Shown piece by piece: positions 1-9,408 of a DNA stretch of 42,808 nucleotides (its first letter is position 1; every line of letters starts with the position of its first letter). The notes beneath the pieces are model-generated. The model made no database searches. It was given only the letters and a program-made list of their open reading frames with translations, and was not told where the DNA came from. The translations under genes and the position numbers were made by a program. This stretch comes from Clostridiales bacterium. Lineage in GTDB: Bacteria > Bacillota > Sulfobacillia > DYIH01 > JBBIPI01. The stretch is taken from the NCBI GenBank assembly GCA_037442985.1, contig JBBIPI010000001.1, positions 1-42,808 on the forward strand, in the 5' to 3' direction.

Positions 1-51
1 TGGAGAAGGGGCCGTCACCCGGCGCCGGGGAGCGGTCCCCCGACAGGCCCG

Positions 52-60
52 TGCTATAAT
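52..60 (+). promoter_or_regulatory. extended -10 promoter element (TGcTATAAT) upstream of the SBP gene
   Basis: TGCTATAAT at 52-60 stands out in GC-rich DNA. The ATG at 72 lies 11 nt after the hexamer. There is no convincing -35 and no properly spaced SD. Confidence 0.4.
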
Positions 61-71
61 GTGGCGAGGCG

Positions 72-1835
72 ATGACGGTGAAGCAGCACGACCAGCCGCT
101 GCGGCGGCTGTTTCTCACCCCCCGGCCCCTTCTGGGAGTGGTGGGCTGGGTGGGGGCCTTCCTCTTTCTTTTCGCCATCTTCGGAACGGGGCGGGGAGAG
201 CGGGAGGGGCCCGGGGCGGCGGGGCAGCCGTCCCCTCCGGCGCTGGGGGCGATGCGGCAGGCGACGCCCCTGCCCAGCGCGCCGCCGGAACCCAGGCTGC
301 CGCCGGACGCCGTCACCGTCGGGCTGTGGCAGGCCCCGCAGGGCGTGTGGAACCCGCTCTTCGCCACCGATCAGGCGGATCGCGAGATCAACGCCCTCCT
401 CTTCGAGCCGCTGCTCTCCTACGGGCCGGACCTGCGGCCCGTGCCCAACCTGGCCTCCTACGCGGTGGAACCGGACCAGCAGGCGATCGTCTTCACCCTG
501 CGCCCGGACGCCCGCTGGCACGACGGGCGCCCCGTGACCGCCCAGGACGTCGCCTTCACGCTGGAGACGGTGCTGCGGCACGACTACCGCGGCCCCTTCG
601 CCGACCGCTTCCTGTTCATCAAGGGGGCGCGCGCCTTCCAAGCCGGCAGGTCCCCCGGCGTGAGCGGGATCGTCGTCCTGGGGGCGCACGCGCTGCGCGT
701 GGAGCTGGAGCGCCCCTACGGGCCGGCCCTGGACCGGCTCGGCTCCCTGCCCGTGCTCCCGGCGCACGTCTTCGCCGGCCTGACCCCCGCGCAGATGGCC
801 GAGGCGGAGGCCAGCAGGGAAGACCCCGTGGGCAGCGGCCCCTTCCGGCTGGAGGCGGTGGCCCGGGGTGAGGCTGGCGTGGAGGAGGTGCGCCTCGGGG
901 CCTTCCCCGACTTCTTCCGCGGGCGGCCGCTCCTGAGCGAGGTCCGCTTCCGGGTGCTGGGACCGCGCCTCAACGTCGAGCGGCTGTCCGCCGAGGGGAT
1001 CGACCTCCTCCAGGTGCGGGCGGAGGACGCTGCGGCCGTGGAGCGAGCCGGTTACCGCTTGAGGGAGTGGCCGGCACGCGGATACCACTACCTGGGCATC
1101 AACATGGGGCGGCTGATCCTCCAGAACCGGCGGGTGCGGCAGGCCATCGCCCACGCCCTCGACCGGGAGGCCATGTTGCGCGCGGTGTACGGCGCCCACG
1201 GGACGCTCATGCACGCGCCCGTGTTCCCCGGTTCCTGGGCCGAGGCGCCGGGGCTGAACACCTACCCGTATGACCCGGAGGCGGCGCGGCGGCTGCTGGC
1301 CGAGGCCGGGTGGCGCGACGTCAACGGCGACGGTGTCCGCGAGCGGGGCGGGCGCCGCCTGTCCCTCACCCTCTTCTATCGCCAGGGGCACGCGGTGGAC
1401 GAGCGCTTGGCGCCCATGGTGCGCGACTACCTGGCCGCCGTGGGGATCCGGGTCGAGCTCGAGCCCCTGCCGGAGCGCGACTTGCTGCGTCAGGTCTTCG
1501 GGCTGCGCGCCTTCGACCTCTACCTGTTGGGGTGGGACCTGGACACCGATCCGGACGTGTCTGCGGTGTTCGGGGAACGCGCCCGGGTGAACGCGGTGGG
1601 GTACCGTCCCGGGCGGGAGGCCGAGGCCCTGCTCACCGAGGCTGCCTCCCTCGTCGAGGTGGAGAAGCGTCAACCGCTTTACCACGAGTGGATGCGCCGG
1701 GTCAACGAGGAGCTCCCCTACGTCTTCCTCTTCACGCCCAACCAGGTGCTCGGTCTGTCCCCGCGCCTGAAGGGCGTCGTCGTCACGCCGGTGGGGTACA
1801 GCCGCGGCGCGGAGGGCTGGTGGGTCGAGCGTTGA
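72..1835 (+). CDS. ABC transporter substrate-binding protein, family 5 (peptide/nickel/opine type), with N-terminal membrane anchor
   Basis: 587-aa ORF. It has an N-terminal hydrophobic segment (LLGVVGWVGAFLFLFAIFG) and then a Pro/Gly-rich linker. The core is SBP_bac_5-like (NPLFATDQADREINALLFEPLL; FTLRPDARWHDGRPVTAQDVAFTLE; YHYLGINM). Confidence 0.8.
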   Translation: MTVKQHDQPLRRLFLTPRPLLGVVGWVGAFLFLFAIFGTGRGEREGPGAAGQPSPPALGAMRQATPLPSAPPEPRLPPDAVTVGLWQAPQGVWNPLFATDQADREINALLFEPLLSYGPDLRPVPNLASYAVEPDQQAIVFTLRPDARWHDGRPVTAQDVAFTLETVLRHDYRGPFADRFLFIKGARAFQAGRSPGVSGIVVLGAHALRVELERPYGPALDRLGSLPVLPAHVFAGLTPAQMAEAEASREDPVGSGPFRLEAVARGEAGVEEVRLGAFPDFFRGRPLLSEVRFRVLGPRLNVERLSAEGIDLLQVRAEDAAAVERAGYRLREWPARGYHYLGINMGRLILQNRRVRQAIAHALDREAMLRAVYGAHGTLMHAPVFPGSWAEAPGLNTYPYDPEAARRLLAEAGWRDVNGDGVRERGGRRLSLTLFYRQGHAVDERLAPMVRDYLAAVGIRVELEPLPERDLLRQVFGLRAFDLYLLGWDLDTDPDVSAVFGERARVNAVGYRPGREAEALLTEAASLVEVEKRQPLYHEWMRRVNEELPYVFLFTPNQVLGLSPRLKGVVVTPVGYSRGAEGWWVER

Positions 1836-2680
1836 TGACCGAGGAGATCGTGGTCGAGGCCGTCGGGCTGACCAAGGAATTCCGCAAGTTCCGCAGCCGT
1901 CCGGGGCTGGCCGGGGCCTTCGCCGACCTGTTCGCCCGGCGTTACCAGGTCGTGCGGGCGGTGGATCGGGTCGACCTGGTGGTGCGGCGAGGGGAGATGG
2001 TCGGTTACCTGGGACCGAACGGGGCGGGCAAGTCGACGACCATCCGCCTGCTGGCCGGGATCCTGGTCCCCACCTCCGGCCTGCTGCGCGTCAACGGCAT
2101 GGTGCCCTGGCGGGAACGCGAGCGGTTCGCCCGCACCATCGGCGTGGTCTTCGGCCAGCGCAGCCAGCTGTGGTACGACCTGGCCGTGCGAGAGTCCTTC
2201 CGGCTCCTGCAGCGGATCTACCGCGTCCCGGAGGAGGATTTCCGGCGCCAGTACGGCTTTCTCGCCGAGGCCCTCGACCTGGACCCCCTCCTGGAGGTGC
2301 CGGTGCGGCACCTGAGCCTGGGCCAGCGGATGCGCTGCGAGCTGGCGGCGGCGCTCCTCCACGACCCGCCCCTCCTCTTCCTGGACGAGCCCACCATCGG
2401 CCTCGACGTGGTGGCCAAGCGGCGGATCCGCGCCTTCCTCCGGGAGCTCAACCGGCGGCGGGGCGTCACCGTCCTGCTCACCACCCACGACCTGGGCGAC
2501 ATCGAGGCGCTCTGCGAGCGGGCGGTGATCCTGGATCGCGGCAGGGTGATCTTCGACGGGCCCCTGGCCGAGCTGCGCAGCGGTCCCGGCGGGAGCCTGG
2601 AGGAGGTCGTCCACGCCATCTACCAGGGCCAGCTACAGCACGGGGGAGGGGAGCGGGGTGCTGCATCCGGCCTACGTTGA
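1835..2680 (+). CDS. ABC transporter ATP-binding protein (COG4586-like, ABC-2 subfamily)
   Basis: Walker A GPNGAGKST, signature LSLGQRMR, Walker B LLFLDEPTIGLD, and a family-typical GQRSQLWYDL motif. The ATG at 1835 shares one base with the SBP stop (TGA 1833-1835). An in-frame TTG at 1832 is an alternative start. Confidence 0.88.
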   Translation: MTEEIVVEAVGLTKEFRKFRSRPGLAGAFADLFARRYQVVRAVDRVDLVVRRGEMVGYLGPNGAGKSTTIRLLAGILVPTSGLLRVNGMVPWRERERFARTIGVVFGQRSQLWYDLAVRESFRLLQRIYRVPEEDFRRQYGFLAEALDLDPLLEVPVRHLSLGQRMRCELAAALLHDPPLLFLDEPTIGLDVVAKRRIRAFLRELNRRRGVTVLLTTHDLGDIEALCERAVILDRGRVIFDGPLAELRSGPGGSLEEVVHAIYQGQLQHGGGERGAASGLR

Positions 2681-3452
2681 GCTGGCGCGGAGCCGCTTCC
2701 TCACCCTGCTGGCCTACCGGGAGAACTTCTGGACGGGCATCGCCGTGTACATCGTGTACATCGGCGCCTACCACTTCCTCTGGCAGGCCATATACGAGGG
2801 GAGGGAGGCGCTCGGCGGCCTGACGCCGGCGCAGATGACGTCGTACCTGGCGGTGGCTTGGATGGCGCGGGCGTTCTACTTCAACCACCTGGACCGGGAG
2901 ATCGCCGCCGAGATCCGGGACGGGCGGGTGGCCATCGAGTTGATCCGGCCCTACAACTACCTAGCCGCCAAGCTGGCCGCAGCCCTGGGCGAGGGCGTCT
3001 TCCGCCTGGTCTTCTTCGCCCTGCCGGGCATGGCCGTCGCCTGCGCCCTCTTCCCGGTCCGCCTCCCGCCCGCCCAGGTCTGGCCGGCCTTCTTCCTGGC
3101 CCTGTTCCTCAGCTACTGGGTGAACGCCCTGGTGAACGTGCTCACCGGCCTGGCCGCCTTCTTCCTCCTCGACAACTCGGGGCTGATGCACGCCCGGCGG
3201 GTCCTCGTCGACCTCTTCTCGGGGCTCTACCTGCCCCTCTCCTTCTACCCGGCCTGGGCGCGCGAGGTCCTGGGCTTCCTGCCCTTCCAGGCCATCGCCT
3301 ACCTGCCCAACCTGGCCTTCGCGGGAGGCCTGCGTGGCGGGGCGCTGGCGCGAGCGCTGGCCGTCCAGGCGCTATGGATCGGCGTGCTGGCGCTGGCGGC
3401 CGCCGCCCTCTGGCGGGTCGCCCACCGGCGGCTGGCCGTCCAGGGGGGATGA
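2658..3452 (+). CDS. ABC-2 type transporter permease (COG4587/DUF990-like)
   Basis: 264-aa ORF with multiple hydrophobic helices. GTG start overlaps the ATPase gene end by 23 nt. Position and length match the first permease of COG4586/4587/3694 operons. Confidence 0.7.
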   Translation: MLHPAYVELARSRFLTLLAYRENFWTGIAVYIVYIGAYHFLWQAIYEGREALGGLTPAQMTSYLAVAWMARAFYFNHLDREIAAEIRDGRVAIELIRPYNYLAAKLAAALGEGVFRLVFFALPGMAVACALFPVRLPPAQVWPAFFLALFLSYWVNALVNVLTGLAAFFLLDNSGLMHARRVLVDLFSGLYLPLSFYPAWAREVLGFLPFQAIAYLPNLAFAGGLRGGALARALAVQALWIGVLALAAAALWRVAHRRLAVQGG

Positions 3453-3455
3453 GCG

Positions 3456-4247
3456 GTGGCGGGTCACCTGGCGCTGGCGGCGCACTACCTCGCCCAGCAC
3501 CTCAAGGCGCGGTTGGCCTACCGGGCCGACCTGTGGGCGGGGCTGGTCTCCGACCTGGCCAGCCAGGCGGCCAGCCTGGTCTTCATCCTGGTGGTCTTCG
3601 AGCACGTCCCCGCCCTCAAGGGCTGGAGCCGCGACGAGCTGATCTTCATCTACGGGTACTTCCTGGTTCCCTTCTCGATCTTCAACGCCACCTCCGCTAA
3701 CCTCTGGAACTTCGCCGAGCGCTACGTGGTGCGCGGGGAGCTGGACCGGGTGCTCACCCGCCCGCTCAACAGCCTCTTCCAGGTGTTGCTGGAGACGGTG
3801 GAGGTGGAGTCGCTGCTGGGTGGCCTGGGCGGCGTGGCGCTCATGGCCTGGGCGGGGAGGCGGCTGGCGCTGGACGTGAGCTGGGCGGACCTGCCGCTGC
3901 TCCTGGCCCTCACAGTGGGGAGCGTGCTGGTCTACAACGGGATCTTCGTCGCCCTGGCCAGCGTGGCCTTCTGGACCGACAGCCGCTCGGGGCTGATCCC
4001 CCTGGTCTGGAACCTGCACGTGTACGGCCGCTACCCCGTGGAGATCTACGACCGCTGGCTGCGCTTCCTGCTCACTTGGGTGCTCCCCATCTCCTTCACC
4101 GCCTTCTATCCCGCCACCTACCTCCTGGACCGGGCCGCCTGGCGCTCCTACGCCCTGGCCACCCCGGCCGTCGGGCTGGCCGTCTTCGCCCTGGGCCTCC
4201 TGGCGTGGAACGCCGGTCTCCGGCGCTACCGTGGCGCCGGATGGTGA
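3456..4247 (+). CDS. ABC-2 type transporter permease (COG3694/DUF990-like)
   Basis: 263-aa hydrophobic ORF with a GTG start 3 nt after the previous stop. Motifs resemble the second permease of this family (ELDRVLTRPLN; VYGRYPVEIY). Confidence 0.7.
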   Translation: MAGHLALAAHYLAQHLKARLAYRADLWAGLVSDLASQAASLVFILVVFEHVPALKGWSRDELIFIYGYFLVPFSIFNATSANLWNFAERYVVRGELDRVLTRPLNSLFQVLLETVEVESLLGGLGGVALMAWAGRRLALDVSWADLPLLLALTVGSVLVYNGIFVALASVAFWTDSRSGLIPLVWNLHVYGRYPVEIYDRWLRFLLTWVLPISFTAFYPATYLLDRAAWRSYALATPAVGLAVFALGLLAWNAGLRRYRGAGW

Positions 4248-4309
4248 GGGGCGGACGGAGACGCTTGCAGCCCCCGGCTTGGCCCTCGCTCCGTCCCGGG
4301 CCTTCCGGT

Positions 4310-4315
4310 TATAAT
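4310..4315 (+). promoter_or_regulatory. candidate -10 hexamer (TATAAT) for the gatCAB operon
   Basis: Perfect TATAAT about 45 nt upstream of the gatC start, in the 113-nt gap after the permease gene. No good -35 at 16-18 nt spacing. Confidence 0.3.
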
Positions 4316-4360
4316 GCTGCTGTCCGGGGCGGGGCGCCTCAACCCGCGGCGGAAGGTGGC

Positions 4361-4663
4361 GTGTCTGTGAGTATCAGTGCCGAAGAGGTCCGGCGGGTGG
4401 CCGAGCTGGCCCGCCTCGGGCTGGACGACGCCGAGGTGGACGGCATGGCCCGGCAGCTCGGACGCATCCTCGAGTACATGCAGAAGTTGCGCGAGCTGGA
4501 CACGGAGGACGTGGAGCCCATGGCGCACGTCCTGCCCCTGCGGAACGCCTGGCGCGCGGACGAGCCGGGGCCGACCCTGACGCCGGATGAAGCCCTGGCC
4601 AACGCCCCAGAGCGCCAGGGGTACTACTTCAAGGTGCCGAAGATCGTGGAGGCGGAAGGGTGA
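4361..4663 (+). CDS. gatC: Asp-tRNA(Asn)/Glu-tRNA(Gln) amidotransferase subunit C
   Basis: [46 protein letters not shown]...[11 protein letters not shown] is typical GatC. GTG at 4361 is preceded by GGAAGGTGG; GTG at 4367 is an alternative. The rest of the long ORF 4076..4663 is an upstream extension. Confidence 0.85.
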   Translation: MSVSISAEEVRRVAELARLGLDDAEVDGMARQLGRILEYMQKLRELDTEDVEPMAHVLPLRNAWRADEPGPTLTPDEALANAPERQGYYFKVPKIVEAEG

Positions 4664-6144
4664 CACCCCTCTGCGACCTCACCGCCCACGAGCTGCGCGA
4701 GCTGCTGGCCGGGGGACAGGCCAGCGCCGTGGAGATCGCCCGCGCCTGCCTGGAGAGGGTTGAGGCGGTCGAGCCGGAGGTGCGGGCCTTCGTCACCCTC
4801 ACCCCCGAGCGCCTGCTGGCAGCCGCCCAGGCCGCCGACGCCGCCAGAAGCTCCGGCCGGTCCCTGCACCCCCTAGCCGGCATCCCCATGGCGCTCAAGG
4901 ACAACCTGGTAACGCGGGGGGTGGCCACCACCTGCTCCTCCCGCATGCTGGCCCGCTTCGTCCCCCCTTACGACGCCACGGTGGTGGCGCGGCTGGGGGA
5001 GTGCGGCTGCGGCCTGGTAGGCAAGACGAACATGGACGAGTTCGCCATGGGCTCCTCGACGGAGAACTCCGCCTTCTTCCCCACGCGCAACCCGTGGGAC
5101 ACCCAGCGCGTGCCGGGCGGCTCCAGCGGCGGGTCGGCGGCGGCGGTGGCCGCCGGCGAGGCCGTGTTCGCCCTGGGCTCGGACACCGGCGGCTCCATCC
5201 GCCAGCCCGCCGCCTTCTGCGGGATCGTCGGCCTGAAGCCGACCTACGGGCGCGTGTCCCGCTATGGGCTGGTGGCCTTCGCCTCCTCCCTGGACCAGAT
5301 CGGGCCGCTCACCCGGGACGTGACCGACTGCGCCCTCGTGCTGAACGCCATCGCCGGCCACGACCCGCGCGACGCCACCTCGGCGCCGGAGCCGGTCCCG
5401 GACTTCACCGAGTTCCTGGTCCCGGACGTGCGTGGACTGCGCGTCGGCGTCCCCCGCGAGTACTTCGGCCCGGGCATCTCGCCGCCCGTCAAGGAGGCGG
5501 TCACGGCGGCGCTGGACCTCTTGGGCGAGCTGGGGGCCGAGGTGGGGGAGTGCTCCCTGCCCCACACCGAGTACGCCCTGGCCGCCTACTACCTCATCGC
5601 CCCGGCGGAGGCCTCCTCCAACCTGGCCCGCTACGACGGCGTCCGCTACGGGCACCGGGCGGCGGCGCGGGGCGACTTCGTCACCATGTACAAGAAGACG
5701 CGCCAGGAAGGCTTCGGCCCCGAGGTGCGGCGCCGCATCATGCTCGGGACGTACGCCCTGAGCGCCGGCTACTACGACGCCTACTACCTCAAGGCCCTCA
5801 AGGTCCGCACCCTCGTCCGGCGCGACTTCGAGCGCGCCTTCGAGCGCTTCGACGTGCTGGTCACGCCCACGGCCCCGACGGTGGCCTTCCGCCTCGGGGA
5901 GAAGGTGGACGATCCCCTGGCCATGTACATGTCCGACGTGTGCACCATCCCCGTCAACCTGGCAGGCCTCCCGGCGCTGTCTTTGCCCTGCGGGTTCCAC
6001 GAGGGGCTCCCCGTCGGGATGCAGCTCATCGGCCGCCCCTTCGACGAGGGCACCCTGCTGCGGGCCGCCTTCGCCTTTGAACAGCACACCGACTTCCACC
6101 GGCGGCGTCCCCCCCTGGCGCGGGCCGGGGCGGCCGCCTTCTGA
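4660..6144 (+). CDS. gatA: Glu-tRNA(Gln)/Asp-tRNA(Asn) amidotransferase subunit A
   Basis: 494 aa with the amidase signature ([26 protein letters not shown]). The GTG start overlaps the gatC stop (GTGA). Confidence 0.95.
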   Translation: MTPLCDLTAHELRELLAGGQASAVEIARACLERVEAVEPEVRAFVTLTPERLLAAAQAADAARSSGRSLHPLAGIPMALKDNLVTRGVATTCSSRMLARFVPPYDATVVARLGECGCGLVGKTNMDEFAMGSSTENSAFFPTRNPWDTQRVPGGSSGGSAAAVAAGEAVFALGSDTGGSIRQPAAFCGIVGLKPTYGRVSRYGLVAFASSLDQIGPLTRDVTDCALVLNAIAGHDPRDATSAPEPVPDFTEFLVPDVRGLRVGVPREYFGPGISPPVKEAVTAALDLLGELGAEVGECSLPHTEYALAAYYLIAPAEASSNLARYDGVRYGHRAAARGDFVTMYKKTRQEGFGPEVRRRIMLGTYALSAGYYDAYYLKALKVRTLVRRDFERAFERFDVLVTPTAPTVAFRLGEKVDDPLAMYMSDVCTIPVNLAGLPALSLPCGFHEGLPVGMQLIGRPFDEGTLLRAAFAFEQHTDFHRRRPPLARAGAAAF

Positions 6145-6160
6145 GGAGGGGTTGCGGGCG

Positions 6161-7600
6161 TTGAGCAGGTACGAGGTGGTCATCGGCCTCGAGGTGCACG
6201 TGGAGCTCAAGACGCGCTCCAAGATGTTCTGCTCCTGCCCGGTGGCCTTCGGCGCGCCGCCCAACACCCACGTCTGTCCCGTCTGCCTGGGCCTGCCGGG
6301 CGTGCTGCCCGTGCCCAACCGCACCGCCGTCGAGTACGCCATCCGGGCCGCCCTCGCCCTCAACTGCCAGATCCCGTCCTTCAGCAAGTTCGACCGGAAG
6401 AACTACCACTACCCGGACCTCCCCAAGAACTACCAGATATCCCAGTACGACCGGCCGCTGGGGGTCAACGGCCACGTGGTGATCCGGGTGGGCGGCCAGG
6501 AGCGGCGCATCGGCATCCGGCGGCTGCACCTGGAGGAGGACACCGGCAAGTCCACCCACGAGGGCGTGGCCGGAGGCTCGTTGGTCGACTTCAACCGTGC
6601 CGGCGTCCCCCTCGTCGAGATCGTCTCCGAGCCCGACCTGCGGTCGCCCGAGGAGGCGCGGCTGTACCTCCAGGAGCTGCGGACGATCATGCTCTACACG
6701 GGCGTCTCCGACGTGAAGATGGAGGAGGGCTCGCTGCGCTGCGACGCCAACATCTCCCTGCGCCCGGCCGGCAGCCGGGAGCTGGGCACGCTGGTGGAGA
6801 TCAAGAACATGAACTCCTTCCGCTCGGTGCAGCGGGCCCTGGAGTACGAGGTCTCCCGGCAGGCCGCCCTCCTGGACGCCGGCCAGCGCATCGTGCGCGA
6901 GACGCGTCACTGGGACGAGGTGCGCGGCGTCACCTTCCCCTCCCGGAGCAAGGAGGAGGCCCACGACTACCGCTACTTCCCGGACCCGGACCTGGTGCCG
7001 CTGGAGATCGCGCCGGCCTGGGTGGAGGAGATCCGGTCCTCCTTGCCCGAGCTGCCCGACGCGCGCCGGCGCCGCTACGTCGAGGCCTACGGGCTGCCGG
7101 AGTACGACGCCGAGGTGCTCGTCCAGGAACCCGCCCTGGCCGACTTCTTCGAGGGGGCGGTGGCGGCAGGCGCCAACCCGAAGGGCGCTAGCAACTGGGT
7201 CATGGTGGAGCTGCTGGGGTTCCTCAACGCCGAGGGGCGCTCCCTCGCGGACATCCCGCTGCGTCCGGGACACCTGGCGTCCCTGCTGCGGCTGATCGAG
7301 GAGGGCACCATCAGCGGCAAGATCGCCAAGGAGGTGTTCGCCCAGACCTGCCGCACCGGGCGCGCCCCGGAGGAGATCGTGCGGGAGGCCGGGCTCACGC
7401 AGATCAGCGACGCCGACGAGCTGCGCCAGGTGGCCCGCCAGGTGCTCGCGGCCAACGGCCCCGCCGTGGCCGACTACCGGGCCGGGAAGAAGGCCGCCCT
7501 CGGCTTCCTGGTGGGCCAGATGATGAAGGCCACGCGGGGCAAGGCGAACCCGGCCCTCGCGAACCAGATCCTCACCGAACTCCTGGAGCAGCAGCCGTAG
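6161..7600 (+). CDS. gatB: Glu-tRNA(Gln)/Asp-tRNA(Asn) amidotransferase subunit B
   Basis: [23 protein letters not shown]...[15 protein letters not shown] plus a C-terminal GatB/YqeY domain. TTG at 6161 (or 6152) follows GAGGAGGGG. The track start at 6077 overlaps gatA and is unlikely. Confidence 0.93.
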   Translation: MSRYEVVIGLEVHVELKTRSKMFCSCPVAFGAPPNTHVCPVCLGLPGVLPVPNRTAVEYAIRAALALNCQIPSFSKFDRKNYHYPDLPKNYQISQYDRPLGVNGHVVIRVGGQERRIGIRRLHLEEDTGKSTHEGVAGGSLVDFNRAGVPLVEIVSEPDLRSPEEARLYLQELRTIMLYTGVSDVKMEEGSLRCDANISLRPAGSRELGTLVEIKNMNSFRSVQRALEYEVSRQAALLDAGQRIVRETRHWDEVRGVTFPSRSKEEAHDYRYFPDPDLVPLEIAPAWVEEIRSSLPELPDARRRRYVEAYGLPEYDAEVLVQEPALADFFEGAVAAGANPKGASNWVMVELLGFLNAEGRSLADIPLRPGHLASLLRLIEEGTISGKIAKEVFAQTCRTGRAPEEIVREAGLTQISDADELRQVARQVLAANGPAVADYRAGKKAALGFLVGQMMKATRGKANPALANQILTELLEQQP

Positions 7601-7611
7601 GTGAACCGGCC

Positions 7612-8973
7612 GTGCAGGCCGCGCCGCTGTCGCCGGGCCAGCAGGTGGAGCTGGAGGTCACCGGCCTGGCCGCCGAGGGGGACGGGGTGGCGCGCCACGA
7701 GGGGTTCGCCGTCTTTGTGCCTCGGACGGTGCCGGGCGACCGGGTGCTCGCCCGCGTGACCGAGGTGAAGCGGCGCTACGCCCGGGCCGAGGCCCTGCGG
7801 CTGCTCCATGCGGGCGCGGGGCGGACCAGCCCGCGCTGCCCGGTGACCGACGCCTGCGGCGGCTGCGCCTGGCAGCAGCTCGACTACGGCCTCCAGTTGA
7901 CCTGGAAGCGGCGCCTGGTGGTGGACGCCCTCGAGCGCGTGGGGCACCTGCGGGGGGTGCCTGTGGAGGAGTGCCTGGGCATGGACGACCCCTGGCACTA
8001 CCGGAACAAGGCGGCCCTCCCCTTCAGCCGCACGCCGGGGGGCGGCCTGGCGCTGGGCTTCTACCGCCGCGGCACCCATCAGGTGGTCGACCTGCCCGGG
8101 GGCTGCGCCCTCCATCACCCGCTCATCAACCGGCTGGTGGCCGCGGTGAGGGAGGAGGTGGCGGCGCGGGGGCTGCCCCCCTACGACGAGGGGAGCGGCA
8201 CCGGGCTCCTCCGCCACCTGGTGGCCCGGGTGGGCGTGCGCACGGGCGAGGCCCTGGCGGTGCTGGTGGTCAACGGCTGGGAGCTCCCGGACGAGGGGGG
8301 TCTGGCCGCCGCCCTGAGGTCGCGCGTCCCCGAGCTGGTGGGAGTGGTCCTGAACGTCAACACCGCCCGGACGAACGTGATCCTGGGGCCGGCCACCCGG
8401 GTGATCGACGGACGCGGCTACCTTATGGAAGAGCTGGGCGGCCTGCGCTTCAAGGTCTCGGCCCGCTCCTTCTTCCAGGTGAACCCGGTGCAGGCCGAGC
8501 GCCTCTACGCCCTGGTGCTGGCGGAGGCGGGGCTCGGGCCCGGCGACCTGGTCGTAGACGCCTACTGCGGCACCGGCACCCTCACCCTTCTGGCGGCGCG
8601 CCGCTGCCGCCGCGCCGTAGGGATCGAGGAGGTGCCGGAGGCCGTCGCCGACGCCCGGGAGAACGCTTCCCTCAATCGGGTGGGCAACGCCACCTTCGTC
8701 GTGGGACGGGTGGAGGAACGCCTGGGCCGGGTCGAGGGCGGGCGGCCGGCGGCGGTCTTCCTCGACCCTCCCCGGCAGGGCTGCGACCCGGCGGTGCTGC
8801 GCACCTGCCTGGAACTGCGGCCGCGCCTCGTCTATGTCTCCTGCAATCCGGCCACCCTGGCGCGCGACCTGGCGCGTCTGGCCGATGGCTACCGGGTGGA
8901 GCGGGTCTGGCCGGTCGACCTCTTCCCCCACACGCCACACGTCGAGTGCGTCGCCCTGCTCTCGCCGATCTGA
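7612..8973 (+). CDS. rlmD: 23S rRNA (uracil-C5)-methyltransferase, RumA/RlmD family (TRAM + Fe-S Cys cluster + SAM methyltransferase)
   Basis: N-terminal TRAM-like segment (VELEVTGLAAEGDGVARHEGFAVFVPRTVPGDRV). Cys cluster CPVTDACGGCAWQQL. SAM motif VVDAYCGTGTL and C-terminal DPPRQG...YVSCNPATLARD. Confidence 0.85.
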   Translation: MQAAPLSPGQQVELEVTGLAAEGDGVARHEGFAVFVPRTVPGDRVLARVTEVKRRYARAEALRLLHAGAGRTSPRCPVTDACGGCAWQQLDYGLQLTWKRRLVVDALERVGHLRGVPVEECLGMDDPWHYRNKAALPFSRTPGGGLALGFYRRGTHQVVDLPGGCALHHPLINRLVAAVREEVAARGLPPYDEGSGTGLLRHLVARVGVRTGEALAVLVVNGWELPDEGGLAAALRSRVPELVGVVLNVNTARTNVILGPATRVIDGRGYLMEELGGLRFKVSARSFFQVNPVQAERLYALVLAEAGLGPGDLVVDAYCGTGTLTLLAARRCRRAVGIEEVPEAVADARENASLNRVGNATFVVGRVEERLGRVEGGRPAAVFLDPPRQGCDPAVLRTCLELRPRLVYVSCNPATLARDLARLADGYRVERVWPVDLFPHTPHVECVALLSPI

Positions 8974-8997
8974 GCCATGGTGGCCGATCTGCTGGGG

Positions 8998-9036
8998 GGC
9001 GCCGGGCACCCCGGGCGGAAGCAGGCGCCCGGCGCC
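8998..9036. terminator. GC-rich inverted repeat between convergent genes (possible bidirectional terminator, no U-tract)
   Basis: GGCGCCGGGC (8998-9007) is the exact reverse complement of GCCCGGCGCC (9027-9036), with a 19-nt loop. It lies between the rlmD stop and the DUF1657 stop. No T-run on either side. Confidence 0.3.
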
Positions 9037-9060
9037 GTCCCGCTGGTGGGAGCCGGCCGG

Positions 9061-9303
9061 TCAGCGGCGGATGACCGGCTGCTGCTGAGCCTGCTGGTAC
9101 ACCCTATACTGCGGCTCCTCGGCCTCGACCTGGTTGATGCGGTTCTTCAGCGGCGCGACGATCTGCGACTCTAGCGTCTGAGCGAGTTGGGAATAGAGCT
9201 GCTGCGCCTTCTTGTCCTGGGTGTCCAGGGCGAAGGTCTTCAGGCTCGTCGCCGCGGACTCGAGCTGGGCCAGGCACTGATGGAGCTTCTGACCTACCGT
9301 CAT
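9061..9303 (-). CDS. DUF1657 family small protein (family associated with spore formers)
   Basis: 80 aa. MTVGQKLHQCLAQLESAATSLKTFALDTQDKKAQQLYSQ...VEAEEPQYR matches my recollection of the DUF1657 consensus. An SD (GAGGGAGGAA) precedes the ATG. Confidence 0.7.
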   Translation of the reverse strand: MTVGQKLHQCLAQLESAATSLKTFALDTQDKKAQQLYSQLAQTLESQIVAPLKNRINQVEAEEPQYRVYQQAQQQPVIRR

Positions 9304-9391
9304 GGCCGTTCCTCCCTCGCGGATTTTGGGGGTCGTTCATATCACTCCCCACGGCGTTGCGGCGCTATGCGGTGCGGCGGCGGCCTGATTC

Positions 9392-9400
9392 TGCTAAATT
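9392..9400 (+). promoter_or_regulatory. extended -10 element (TGcTAAATT) immediately upstream of the queG ATG
   Basis: TGCTAAATT at 9392-9400. The queG ATG at 9409 is 8 nt after the hexamer and has no SD, which fits a leaderless transcript. Confidence 0.4.
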
Positions 9401-9408
9401 AACCTTGC

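Noticed and set aside
54-1685. Long antisense or alternate-frame ORFs throughout the track. Examples: 54..1685 -, 4873..6387 -, 6026..7273 -, 7474..9009 -, 9394..10527 -, 10554..12743 -, 12493..14415 -, 19841..21196 -, 21241..22176 -, 23337..24527 -, 24422..26047 -, 27374..30067 -, 30260..31171 -, 31516..32853 -, 33869..35206 -, 36592..37629 -, 38357..40627 -, 41681..42706 -, plus many + strand shadow frames.
   Set aside because: Their translations are low-complexity and Arg/Pro/Gly/Ala-rich with no recognisable motifs. Each lies opposite or out of frame to a gene with unmistakable family motifs. Long stop-free shadow frames are expected in very GC-rich DNA.
6077-6160. Track start of gatB at 6077, and similar upstream extensions: gatC 4076, ABC ATPase 1310, nuoB 21957, nuoH 24230, nuoK 26067, sfsA 30418, obg 34151, rplU 32579, comEA 41711
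   Set aside because: The extensions overlap the preceding recognised gene and encode compositionally biased sequence. Conserved N-termini and SD or overlap junctions support the downstream starts used here.
9304-9408. preQ1-type riboswitch upstream of queG, or a sporulation sigma promoter upstream of DUF1657
   Set aside because: No preQ1 consensus-like sequence (conserved stem-loop followed by an A-rich tail) is present. I could not fit sigma-F/G/E/K consensus hexamers at proper spacing.
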